From: Podarcis melisellensis
Taxonomy: Eukaryota
DNA: 64,000 nt
NCBI GenBank assembly: GCA_964234715.1
Contig: OZ174281.1
Strand: one strand, 5' to 3'
Part shown: positions 48,958 to 61,067 of the stretch, one piece after another
Layout: each line of letters begins with the position of its first letter
Numbering within the stretch: the first letter of the stretch is position 1
Made by a program: the position numbers and the translations under genes
The notes under the pieces: model-generated
The model's input: only the letters and a program-made list of their open reading frames with translations
Told to the model about the DNA's origin: nothing
The model's database searches: none

Positions 48958-50639
48958 TACATTTTAAAACAGAGATTTGGACATTTGAGTTTGACATGGC
49001 TACCAGCTAGATGAGATGACACTTTTGGATGCAAAGAATCATGTGATAAAGTGGCTACTGGGAGTTTTGGGTGATTTCAGTTATGTTGATCAGTCTGGTG
49101 TGCAGCAGAAGCACAGATTTCTGAAGGTTTTTCTGCTACAGACAAAGTACTCTACCAACAGCTGTTACAAAAAGGATATAAGTTGAATAATGAATTCTAT
49201 TGTTAGCACTGGGTCATACATGAGCAGATTGGAATCAAACTATGGTAGCCTTGAGCGGTGGAAGGAAGTTGACTTTTATGCTTAGAAACAGAAACTTTTC
49301 AAGCAAAAAAAAATGAGAAAACAAACGCTTAAAATTGCTTTCAGCAAAATGGGTAAAGAAAGTATAGGAGTAAATATATGTAGTCAACACACCATTGATT
49401 TTATTTCATTCAGTATATGAATTTCTTCCCCAAATTGAGGGGTTTTTTTTGGCAGAGGTTAGGAGAGATCATAACAGAAAATATATGTAATATGTGTCTT
49501 ATTACCCAAGTGCGTATAGCACTTCACAAAATAGACATAGTAGCTACCAGTAAAAATACACAAGGATTAAGATAACATTCTGCAAATTAGGAATACTTAC
49601 TGTATCCCTGTACTGTAGATTCAACCATCACCATTGCAATGTGTTTTCTGTATTAGCTTGGTGAATTGCTCCCTATGACAGCAATCCTGTGTTTGGTTAA
49701 TCTGTGTGAATTCTAACTGAATCACTTTGACAACCATTTAAAGCTATGATAGTAGAACACAGAACTTGATCCTGGAGGCCAAAGTAACCACTGGTTAAAG
49801 GTGCATTACTAAAAATACTGGTGCTGGTGTAAGAAATGGTTTAAGAAATGGTTGGTAATTATTGCAGAAATGTTTCTTTTTGTCTAACTGCAATCCTTTC
49901 AGGCCAAGAAAACTTAATACTGCTTTTGTTCTTTACTTAATACAAGGAAAGTGTTTTAAATACACAGGATTTCTACTGCTGCTTTAAATGCTATTATTTA
50001 AGAGCATGCACTTGCAGCTGCAAAACTCATCAAGTAAATTGAAAGGATTACCCATGAAATCAGCTTCAAACTTTTTATTTTTATTTTCTCACAACCAATA
50101 TGAAGGTAATGCACTTGGAATTATAATGATATTGAGATTGACTGTTTAAATCCTTTCTAAAGTTCAAAGCATAAAGCAGACTGCATGCACTTCCAAGCCA
50201 CAGTGGGGCTTCTAAGCAGGAGCTTGTGATAAAAAAAAGAGAGTGAAATCAGGTTTGACTAAAATCGTCCACCATTCCCATATGGCTTAAACAGGAAGTT
50301 TTCAGGCTCAAAAAGACAACGGTTTGGGGAAGTAGCAGACCTCATTTTCAAATTGTCTGAGATTGCTTTGCGGATCTTGTCTTCTGGGGAACATGAAGAC
50401 AAGATGCTCATTAAAAATGAGCTGCACCAGGGAGCTCGACTGAGCTTCAAGTACACTTAATAGTTTTTTGCTTGAGGAGTATAAAGGGAGACGATACCTC
50501 TTTCAAAAGCTGAAGTGCAGATGAAGAGAAATACAGCTGGATTCCTTATGGAAAGGTGTAGATTACAGGATGCAATACCTTGATTTGTTTTGTTTATATG
50601 GGATGTGGAGTGAGGAATGCTCAATTCTTTCTGCCTTCT

Positions 50640-53360
50640 GATTGCAGCCTCTGGGAGCTCACGGCCAGGACTTGTAAACAGGAACATTAGCGAGGGCATT
50701 TTGAGGGGGCATCCCAGAGTGCTGTCTCATGGTGTGTGTAGGACCAAGAGATATGGGTGGCAAGGGAGCTGTTGCAGTGATTTGCAGTACCTGTGCCATG
50801 TTTGTCTTACTGCCTGAGAACACGCAAAACTACAACTGCAGCAAGTGCAAGTTGGTTGCCTTTCTGGCAGTGAAAGTACAGCAACTTGAGTTCCACCTAT
50901 CCACACTTTGAGCTACTGGGCAAGATGAGGATTTTTTCAACATAACAGAGTGGACTGTCCTGGAACAGGGATGAAGGTGGTGTGCTCCTAGAGTGGAGGA
51001 TTGCCCATTGCAGGAGACGAACTGCTGGAGGAATGTGATGCACAGGAACCATGCTGTGTTACTGGATTCCATGCCCTCATATTGGGTACCAATTCTGGGC
51101 CAGAAGAGCAAGGACAGCAGTTGCAGATCTCATAATACAACAAGGTGACTCTGGAAGGTATGGTGTACAGAACGATTCCTGCCGCTCCAGAGGGAGAAGA
51201 GATGTGTGGTGATGGTAGGGACAGAGTCAGCAATGTGCGAAAGTAAGAAGATTTCCTGGGAAGTGTGCTGACTTCCAGGTGCAACAATTCAAGATGTGGC
51301 AAAGAATTTGTGAAGTCTTATAAAGCTCACTGACCACAATACCTTCCTTATAGATAGAAATGATACCGCTAAACACAGCTTTCAACATATAGCAAGGGAC
51401 TATGAGACTGTGCAGGAAGCTGAACGGCCTTGGGGCACAGGTGGTTTTTAATCACTCCATGTTGAAGGTTGTGTCCCATAAGAAGGGGGGGGGGAGAGAA
51501 AGGAAATAAATCACTTGCTGTGCAGGTGATGTTGTCAGGAAATATTTGGCTTCTTGGACTAGTCTCCACTTCCTTGAGGAAGGGCTTTTGGCAAGAGATG
51601 GCAAGAATGTGTTTGCTAAGAGTCACATGAATCTGATCAGGAGACCTTTAAACTATATATTGAGGTGGAAAGAGACAATATTACAGATGACAGAGAGCAC
51701 CTGGTATTCTGGATACTAGCTTCAATGATGCACAGGAGACTGAGGTGGTGCTCCAAAAACCTGCTAAAGGGTGGGAAAAGTACAAAAAGGAAGCAGCTGG
51801 AGGGAATGACTTGTGGTTTCATTTGTCTCTATACTATATGCAGAGTATGAGGAACAAGCAAGAAGAATATGAGCTCTTAATACAGGATGGCAAATATGAT
51901 CTAATAGGCATTACTGAAACATGGTGGGATGAGACTCATGACTGGAATGTAGCAATTGAGGGTGTAACCTGTTCAAACGGAATAGACCAAATAGGAAGGG
52001 AGGAGTAGTAGCATTATTTGTAAAGGATGTGCACACTTGTGAAGAGATCCATGAGCTGGAAAATAAAAGACAGATCGAGTGTATATGGGTAAAGATTGTA
52101 GGCAAGGGAAACAACAGCGACCTTACTGTGGGTGGTCTATAGCCCTCCAGGCCGGACTCAAGACTTGGATGATGCCTTCTTAGAGCAGATTAAAGATTCC
52201 AAAAGGAAAGATTTAGTAATCACAGGAGACTTCAACTACCTTGATATCTGTTGGAACTAAAACTCTGCCATGAATGTAAGGGCCAACAAATTCACCAATT
52301 TTTTCACTGACATTTTCATCTCTCAGAAGATGGATGAAGAAACAAGGGGGTCCTCACCAACAGGGAGGAACTGATTGACAAAGGGGAAATACTGGAAACC
52401 TTGAGAGGAAACAATCATGTCTTCTTGGGTTTCATTATACACAGACAAGGGAAAGCATGCAATCGGACCCACACTCTGGACTTGAATGCTGATTTCAAAA
52501 AGCTGGAGGAACTGCTAGGAGAGAGCCATGGTCAGAAATACTCAAAAAGACAAAGTCTTCCATGATATTCTTGCTGACAAGCTGGTAAAATGAGGGCTAG
52601 ACTCAGGTGGATTTGTAGCTGGTTGACCAACAGAACCCAAAGAGAACTCACTAATAGTTCTTTAACATACTGGGGAAAGGGGACAAGTGAGATGCCACAG
52701 GGTTCTGTCGGGCCTGTATAAATTACTTGGATGAAGGTATTGAGGGTCTAGAAGTCAGGCTTATGAGGAACAATTGAGGTAGTAGGGTAGAGATATGATA
52801 GCCATTTTAAATATCTAAAGGTCTGTCACATGGAAGATGGGGCAAGCTTTAAACTACCCTTATGCTATGGAGGGTGGAACCTGAACCAATGCCTTCAAGT
52901 TACAAGAAAGGAGATTCTGACTAAATTTCAGGAAAAACTTCCTGATGTTAAGAGCTTTTCGACAATGGAATGAACTTCCTTGGGAGGTGGTGGACTCTTA
53001 TTCCTTGGAGGTTTTAAAGTAGAGGTTGGATGAGTATCTATTATGGATAGTTGAGATTCCTATACAGCGGTATCTCTGGTTATGAATGCTTCAGGTTACA
53101 AGCTCCGCTAACCCAGAAGTAGCTGCTCCTGGTTGCAAACTTTGCCCCGGGATGCGAACGGAAATTGCATGCCAGAGGCGCACGCAGCAGGAAACGCCAT
53201 TAGCGAAAGCACGCCTCAGGATAAGAACGGTTTCAGCTTAAGAATGGATCTCCAGAACGAATTAAGTTCGTAACCAGAGGTACCACTGTATTGCAGGGAG
53301 TTAGCCTAGATGAACCTCATGGTCCCTTCCAACTCTACATATCTATCATTGTGTGATTCT
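50640..53360 (+). mobile_element. Degraded CR1 LINE spanning ORF1 to the 3' UTR, with large internal deletions
   Basis: ORF1 zinc finger AVICSTCAM...YNCSKCKLV followed by a coiled coil; ORF2 endonuclease QSMRNKQEE...YDLIGITETWWDETHDWN and GDFNY (about 52225); RT remnants HDILADKL and PQGSV; CR1 3' UTR gtcccttccaactct. Confidence 0.9.
53065..53288. mobile_element. Tc1/mariner (Tigger-like) MITE nested in the CR1 3' UTR
   Basis: TA|CAGCGGTATCTCTGGTTA ... TAACCAGAGGTACCACTG|TA; the CR1 text gagattcct...ttgcaggg resumes across it. Confidence 0.9.
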
Positions 53361-56300
53361 CTAACGATTTTATACTGAATATGAAATATAGCTTCATATT
53401 GATAGCTTGAAAAGTTTTAAGTACTTGCTGCTTTTAAATGTTAGAATTCAGGGGGGAATATATGAATGAGGCAAAATCATCCTTATAAGTTGGTCCACAG
53501 ATATTCATGCAACCTAAAAATATAGGAGAATTTTGTAGACTTAGCTTTTTGGACCTGCAAAATAAGTAAAATTTAAATTTTCGCTTTAAATATCTTAAGA
53601 CAGATAATGATAGTAAATCCCAATTTATAGAATAGCTAGGGAATATGAGATAATGAACTCTTTTAATAGATGACTCTTTTAAAAATTTCTTTATATCATC
53701 TTTTGGGAGCTGCTTGCATTAACTGGTAATTTTACTCAGTTTTGTAATGAATAGTTAAACATGGATATTTTAACCTACAATGCTCAGATGGAAACTATTT
53801 TAATAGCTTTATATTCCCTAGCAAACATAGGGATTGGGAATAATACATTGCTTATTGCAAATATATGTATCTCATCTAAGTCCTGTTCAAGGATGTGAAA
53901 TCATGCTTTTTCAATAAAGCTAGGGGAAAGATTAAGACAATCAGGCAGTATGAATGTATAATAATTCACATGCATATTGCTCAGTTTGGCTAAGTTTGGC
54001 TATAATAGTTTAGCATGAGAAAAGAGTTCTGTGCGCCTTGGCTCACATGCTCATGCACCCTATGTCAATGGAATGGTATTCGTTTTATTTATCTAAATAA
54101 ACCTTACATAAGGGTCTCAGAGGGGTCTGTGTTACAACACCTGATAATGGCTTTAGTATAAGTATAAAGAATTGTTTGTGTGTGTTTTATTATGTATGTT
54201 TAGTGTGGTGGTGTCTGTTGGTGTGTATGTGTGTGGGGAGACTACTCCAATGCCTTGGCTTTGATGTAATAATGTATACTGTTTTGGCAGCAGTCCAGAT
54301 TTTTTGTAATTTGGGGCAATTCCAAAGCATATGTTAGATCATTCTGTCATCTATGTATTAGATCCGAATCTTGCAAATGATAGAGTTTACTTTAAAGTTT
54401 TCCAGCTGGTGTTTTAGAGGTGTAGCTCAACTTCTTAATTGAAGCATGTACCTGAGCTTATTAATATTTTACATAGCTTTCATTCTTTTGGACGGAAAAA
54501 AAATTGGCTCCACATAGACTGCTTTGATATTCATTTCCTTTATAGTAATGCAGTTTCCTCTCTATTTCTACTTTGGGTGTCAAATCTGGCAGAAGTGTGA
54601 GGCTTTGATCACAGTTCCTTTCTTTTACAAACTGAAACCATTCAATATGAGTATGTTCTTTGTCTGCATGTATTCTTGATGCGCTCTGTTATGTTCTGAT
54701 TTTATTATGCTCAATTATGCCTTTATTTTGTTTTTGTTTTCTGTGTTTTATATATAATGGTATGTTGTTTGGAGATTAGTTTGTTTGACATGGATGTGAC
54801 ACTTAAAATCCTTCAATGGTACTAGTTTGAATGCTGTGCCTCTTCCTCCAATCATAATTGTGAAAAGTTATGTGAAAAATTAAGGATTTTTATGCCTCAC
54901 TGTAAACTTAATACAGTTATAAGAAACTTTCTTAAATCCCAGCTCTTTCAAACCACTTGAGCCATCATTCAATCAATAAGGGGCATGAATCCATTATATC
55001 AGACATGCGCTTAAGATATTGCACTGGCATACTTCAATGTGCTGCTATACTGCTTACATACCTGAATAACATAGGTGTGGCCAGTAGTATTGCTCCTTCC
55101 CATATTTTCAGCACCTGGTGAGGATCTGGGGTGATGGTCGTGTAAGAAGACCTGTTCGGTTGACCGTACTCATGTACCCACAAAGAAAATTCATGAGATG
55201 AGAAATGGAATGGTGGTTACATTTATTAAAATAGAACAACCTGAATGCCCCCATGTGAGAAACAGTTGGAATAGAGTATTTTCCATTATATCCACATTTA
55301 CAATCCAACCTATTTCTCAAAATCCTTCCTTAGTCCTACTATCTTTAGATATAGGCTTGGGCTCCACCTTGCACCACAGAGAACTAATAGACTTCTTACT
55401 GACTGCAGTACGATTGATGAAAGCTCAACAATGGAAGAACCAGTCTAAAATGCCCCTGAACATGTGGGGAGAAATATCTGGGATACAGCAGTGTCTGAGT
55501 GTCTCACTGGACACAGGAGGGTGATTAAAGGCGTAACATCTTTTTAGAAAGGTTGTGTTGCCATCTTTAAAAATGGCATGACACACCTGCTCTCGCTCTC
55601 TCAACCTGAGCAATTTTGCACCTGATTTCAGTTGCTTTCCTTGTTTATCAGTGTTCAGTTTTATCACAACCCTTAATTAAATGTAGCATATGGGAGTGGC
55701 ATAAGGAAGTGGGAGAACCAAAGGGAGGGTGAATAGACTGGTTGCTGCTGTTCTCCAATGCACTATCCTTTGCTTGATTTACTGTTACCCTATCTGAATT
55801 ATGTAGTCATATATTGTTGTATTATGTTGGGGTATAATGTTTCCTCTTGTAGCTATAACCCCCTTGTATGGAGGCTTCCACAGGACGTAACAGAACTGTG
55901 CTCTTGCCCTTCTACACACAGTGTGTGCACATCAAAGCCGGCATAGTTAGCACCAGGTTGTTACAGATAAATAATGAAATAAGTGGTACTTATATTTCCT
56001 AGAAATGGCAACCATAGGATTTTTCCAGAGTTCATTCTTGATATATTTTCTGTGGTTTAGCACAAGGGATATAATTTCACTGATCCATCCATTAAAAAAT
56101 ACATATTTTTAGTTTTATGGAACTAGCTTTTCTTTCATATTCTAAAATTCCCAGACACAAAATAATAGCAAACTATAAGCTGTTGAGGAGATTTCCTTGA
56201 TTTCAAAATTTATCTCATTCTTCCTATCTGAGACAAATTATGTTTTGTTGTCATGGTAAAATATTGAGTAAGAACCATGAGTTCTTTAATGACCTTACTA

Positions 56301-57915
56301 TTACAGTGTGATTTTTAATTGAGGTGGGTACAGTCAAAAGTGTTCAAGAAAGATGCAGTGTCCAGAACTGCTAATTTCCCTTGAAACATTCAAAGAAAAT
56401 GAACAAGACTCTTCCTTACAACACAATTTATAACTGTGTGAAAATGACCTATCTGTCTTCCACCGGGGCATATGCAATATGTTTGTGAGGTTTATTATAA
56501 AGGAAAACAGATGGTGGTATTTAAGTGAAGAGGAAAGTGTTTGGATGAATGTTGAAAAAATTAATGATTAATGTTTGCTTCCCAGATGAGTCGTTTCTTA
56601 TATCTCACATTAAGAGTATTAATGTGCGAGTATAGTTCAACTAGCCATTCCTGTTCCTTTTCTTAGCTATAGCTCTTAGTAGTATTTTATTCCCATTTCA
56701 TTATTTTTTAGCATAAAGCAGTATATAGCAGTGAAACTACCAACCTTCTTTGGCCAATTGGCATACTTGCAAACTGGGGAAACTGTTGTGCGTAGCACAC
56801 ACATCACAAACATGCATCCACCACACACACCTCTTGACATGTATGCATACACTATCCACCTCCACCAGGACTTAGGCTTGGGGAAAGTGTTTGTTTTTTT
56901 GAAGCCTGACAAGTGGGGGTAGCCTTCCTGAAGAGTGCAGTATACCAGTTAAACCAAACACTAGCATGGTTGGGAAACCTTTTCTGATCACATCAACACT
57001 ATAATTTGTGAAAATGTTATTCTTATAATTTATTAATTAACACTTGCTGGTATTGTAAACCAGTTATTGTGAACCAAAGAATTTTTGAACCGAAGTTCTA
57101 GATTAAATTTATAGAATAACAAGATAGAAACTGGAGACAAAACCAGTTATTGGGAGTTGCATACGGGTAGGGTGACTTTATATGCTAGCAAGTCATTGGA
57201 TGTTCCATCTACATTTAAGCAGAAAAAGAAAGTGTGATTCATTGTAGAAAATGTGTAAACTAATTTCGCCTCAGGGTTACACAAACCAGTTGTTGAACTT
57301 GCTTGAGTATTTGAACTAGCATATTTCAACTCATGGCTATAGGTGGAGTATTATAGTGCATTGGTACCATACTAAAAGCAGCAAATAAACTCAACCCTGA
57401 GTGTGAACTTAGTTTCTGATGTTGATTATAGGTCCTTCTGACAAACGACATGATTGCAGTGCATAGACGGCAGACATTGACACATATGTGTCAAGCACAT
57501 CTCCATCATAATAAGAAAATAATCCTTTTCTGCCAGATCCCAAGTTCCCTCCTACCCCCAATCCCTCACCGTGGATGTGTGGCTCATACACCCATAAATT
57601 CCTACTCTGGTTACTGGAATGGGCCTGTCCATATGGTAGAAATGAGTTTTAACAATTCCAGGATAATAAGCTGCCTTATAAAAGCAAAGGCATATGATAT
57701 GCTGATATCGTTCATATCTGATGCTAGCAACCACTGACTTATTTGTAATGAAAATTAATGATATTTTGGAAACAAGTTTATGCTGGGTTCATTGGGGGGA
57801 ACTTGTTCAATTGTGATGTTCAAGGTAGTAACAGATTTGCAAGCAGGGAATTTAAATGAAAATGCAAGAGTCAAAGAATGCATTCAAGTTATTTTATTTC
57901 TTTTCTTTTTAACAG

Positions 57916-58038
57916 GTGGCTGTTCATTCGATGAACCTTTTGCATCATGTGGATATAGTCAGTCTGATGATGATGACCTTAACTGGGATCAAGTGAACAC
58001 ATTGGTAAAGCCCTCATCAGATCCATGGTTGCCAACAG
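57916..58038 (+). CDS. PTPRM: Internal coding exon (exon 2) of receptor-type tyrosine-protein phosphatase mu; N-terminal part of the MAM domain
   Basis: Polypyrimidine tract and acceptor ttttctttttaacag|GT, donor ACAG|gtagtt; 123 bp, phase 1-1. Translation (G)GCSFDEPFASCGYSQSDDDDLNWDQVNTLVKPSSDPWLPT(G) matches the recalled PTPRM sequence GGCLFDEPYSTCGYSQSEGDDFNWEQVNTLTKPTSDPWMPSG much better than paralogues PTPRK or PTPRT. Confidence 0.95.
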
Positions 58039-61000
58039 GTAGTTTTCGGTTAAAATTATTTCTTTTATACATTGTATGTTTTATCACTTCCAGTATCTCT
58101 TTATACTATTGCTTACGAAACATGTGGGGCACATCAAATATGACAAAGACAAGGAGATAAAGCACTGGTGGCGATATTTAGCTACCACATCCTGTCAGCA
58201 GAAGAATTTCCACTTGTGCTCCTCTCCCTGCCTGCGTCTTTTGTGCCCTTCCCAAATCCAGAAGGTTAGGAGAACCCTTGAACCCTTAGATGGTGTACAA
58301 GGAAGAACATTCCATTGTGGAAGCCTAAAGTATTGAGCTGATGGAAGGTTCACTTAGTGCTACGTTGAATTCTACCTCAAGTCTTCTCTTTAAAGATAAC
58401 TTTCTAAAGATCAGGCAGAGCACTTTACATTCACATTGGCAGATAAAGCTGCTAGGGTGTGGAGACCACTTCTGTCAGCATACTGGTTGCTCTGGCCCAT
58501 GGGTTAACCATGATATAGGGCAGGGTTGGCTACCCCAGCTACTTCCCTGTCTGCTTACCTTTTCATATCTTAATGTGGTTGTGAATTCTAAATATTGTCT
58601 GATATTTTATGCCACCTACCTACTAGTGTCACCTTCTGGTTTTGATGTTTCAACCAAACCTTAGCTTGTGAGCTCTTGAAGTCTCTTGTTCGGGTTACAA
58701 AAGGATATCCATTTTGCTACTACTGTAATGGGATGTTTTCAGGCACACTGAAAAACAAATAGCTTTCTCTTCAGTCCAAAATAGAAATGTTTTCTTTCCC
58801 TTAACTCTTTAAGATTTGTAAAAGTTGAAAAGATATAATTACAACAGGTTGATGTCTAGATACTTATTTATGTGTAGGCAAAGCAGAGTGGAATAGATAA
58901 GAATGCAGACACAATTCTCTTTCAAAATCACATAAGGCTTGTTGGAGTGAGTAGGTGGTCTTAATTGCACATATCTGACAAATACTTCGTAAAACAAGAC
59001 AATGAGTAAGAACATCAAATAGCATTTAGAAGTGGTTGAAAGAAGAGCACATTATATCTTTCAGTTGTTCAGAACTATCGCCTTATTCCTTGCTGCTCAC
59101 AAAAATATATAAAGAAGCAACACAGTTCAAATTAGGTGTGTGGATCTACTATAAAGTTTGAGATCCTTTGAAAAAATAATTATTTGAACTGAAGCAGTTT
59201 AAAGGCTGTCTGGTTCAGCTTGAGGTTCAAATTTTGATTCAGAAAAATGAAAACTAAAAAATGCTAGCTTTTTTCTTTTCAACAGAAATGAATGAAATTT
59301 CCTTCTGAGTGGATAAAGTTTTCCAAATCAGAGACAAACTTGTTCAGGGTTTTTGTTTTGGACACATGTAAAATTTTATCTTCCCTTCCCCCAAAAGAGC
59401 CATCTATACCTTTATTATTTCTTAGGCAGAAACTTCAGCCTTGTGTTCTACTCAGTTGGCATAAGAATTCACAGGAAGTAAATGCTGAGTGGATAGGAGT
59501 AGTGACACAAAGATAAAAGAACTTGAATATCCAGCTTTTCCCAAGCAAACACCACTTGTATAGAGCAAGCAGAGAGGAGAGAATAGAACAGACAAGAACA
59601 AGGTGATTACTTTAGCATCACTTCCCCAAAAGTGTGTGATTGGAGACCCCTGATAAAATAAATATTTATCATTAGAAGCTAGACCGGTCCTATACAAAAG
59701 AGATTTCCTCCACACCTCTCCTCACTGTGGTTATATAGCAATCTTAGAAGGAAATGTTTCAGTTTTTGCAGACAAATTGCAGCATCTTTTAAAATAAAAA
59801 AATTCAACTCTTTTATGGTTTGAGGTGCTTTGATGGTCCCTGCTTTGGTTCAGGGTGTTTTGGGCATCCTGCTTTGATTCAAACAAGCCCATAATCTGTT
59901 TTAAGCTGTCCTGCTTTGGTTCTGGATCTATCCAAATATTTTGCATACCCCTAGCTCAAACACAACATACTTGCTTTGATTGATATCTCTTTTCCAGAAA
60001 TAGAAGTGACTGTATTATAGTGGCTAAGAGATGGCAACCAAGTTTAGCTTCACCTCTTGGAGAATCTACTTTGGAGAAGAGCTCCAAAACAATGATAATA
60101 AGGCTTCAGGCAGCTGTGCAGGCCCCAAACTAGGCTACAGGACACAACTTAAAGAAACTCCTGACCCGTAGCAACAAACAAGCTTTGTAATATCTGGACC
60201 TGTCTGGCCAAGTTTGAAGAAGCATAGAAGTAGATCCCTGTTGGATCAGAAAACATTTTCTTTTAAACTATATTACCAGAGTTGGCAACTGGGTGTGCTG
60301 TTTTGCCCTCAACCCCAACAACTGATATTCAGATTAATCCTGTATCTCAATCTCCAGTTTCTATTTAGCTAACACAATTAATACTGGTGGATATACTCCT
60401 GAGTTAAAGATTATGCAACTAACATTTATATCTAATGTCCACATTCCAGCTAAATGTACCTCCCCTCCAAAAAAAACACTCCACACTCAATCCGGTACAT
60501 TTCAGCAATAACAAAAGCAACAAGTAAATTAAAAAGATGGTTTGTCTCAGCAAAATTCATTCCAAACATATGAACCTTTGTAATGGGCAGTGTGGCACAT
60601 ACTAAGTGACAAAGGTATCAATTGAAAACCAGGTAAATTCATTTAGCAAATGGATAAATGATTTAATTCGCTGCATTCTGTGTGAAGAATCTATATTGTC
60701 ATATAGAGATGCTTGAGGAATACATTATTTGCCAATTCCCGTATGAATTGTACTGATCTGTACTTTTTGGAATTATGTTCAAATCAAAGCTTAGTTATTT
60801 AACGTACGTTGCATCATTCTGAATTTTGCAGCCCTTTTTTGTGTGTTACAATTTAGTTACATATTTAGTTTCCTTGCAGTTCAGTATCAACTCTTAGTTC
60901 CCCCTCCCACGTGTATTTAACTGCTTCTCTACATTCCATCATCATTAGTTATTCACAGTTCTTATAATGGTGTTATCAGCTGTGGCCTTTCTGAAGCATA

Positions 61001-61067
61001 CCGAATCCATATTTTCCTTCTCTAGAATATGAGGCATCAGTTACGGGAAAGCGTGTTCTCCTTCATG

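Larger units (their letters stand above)
1..57915 (+). other. PTPRM: 3' part of the large first intron of PTPRM
   Basis: No signal-peptide exon or CpG island is seen upstream of the MAM exon; R2B PTP genes have very large first introns. Two small assembly gaps lie inside. Confidence 0.8.

Noticed and set aside
57780-58160. 126-aa ORF as a standalone gene
   Set aside because: Only 57916-58038 is exon; the rest is read-through into intron.
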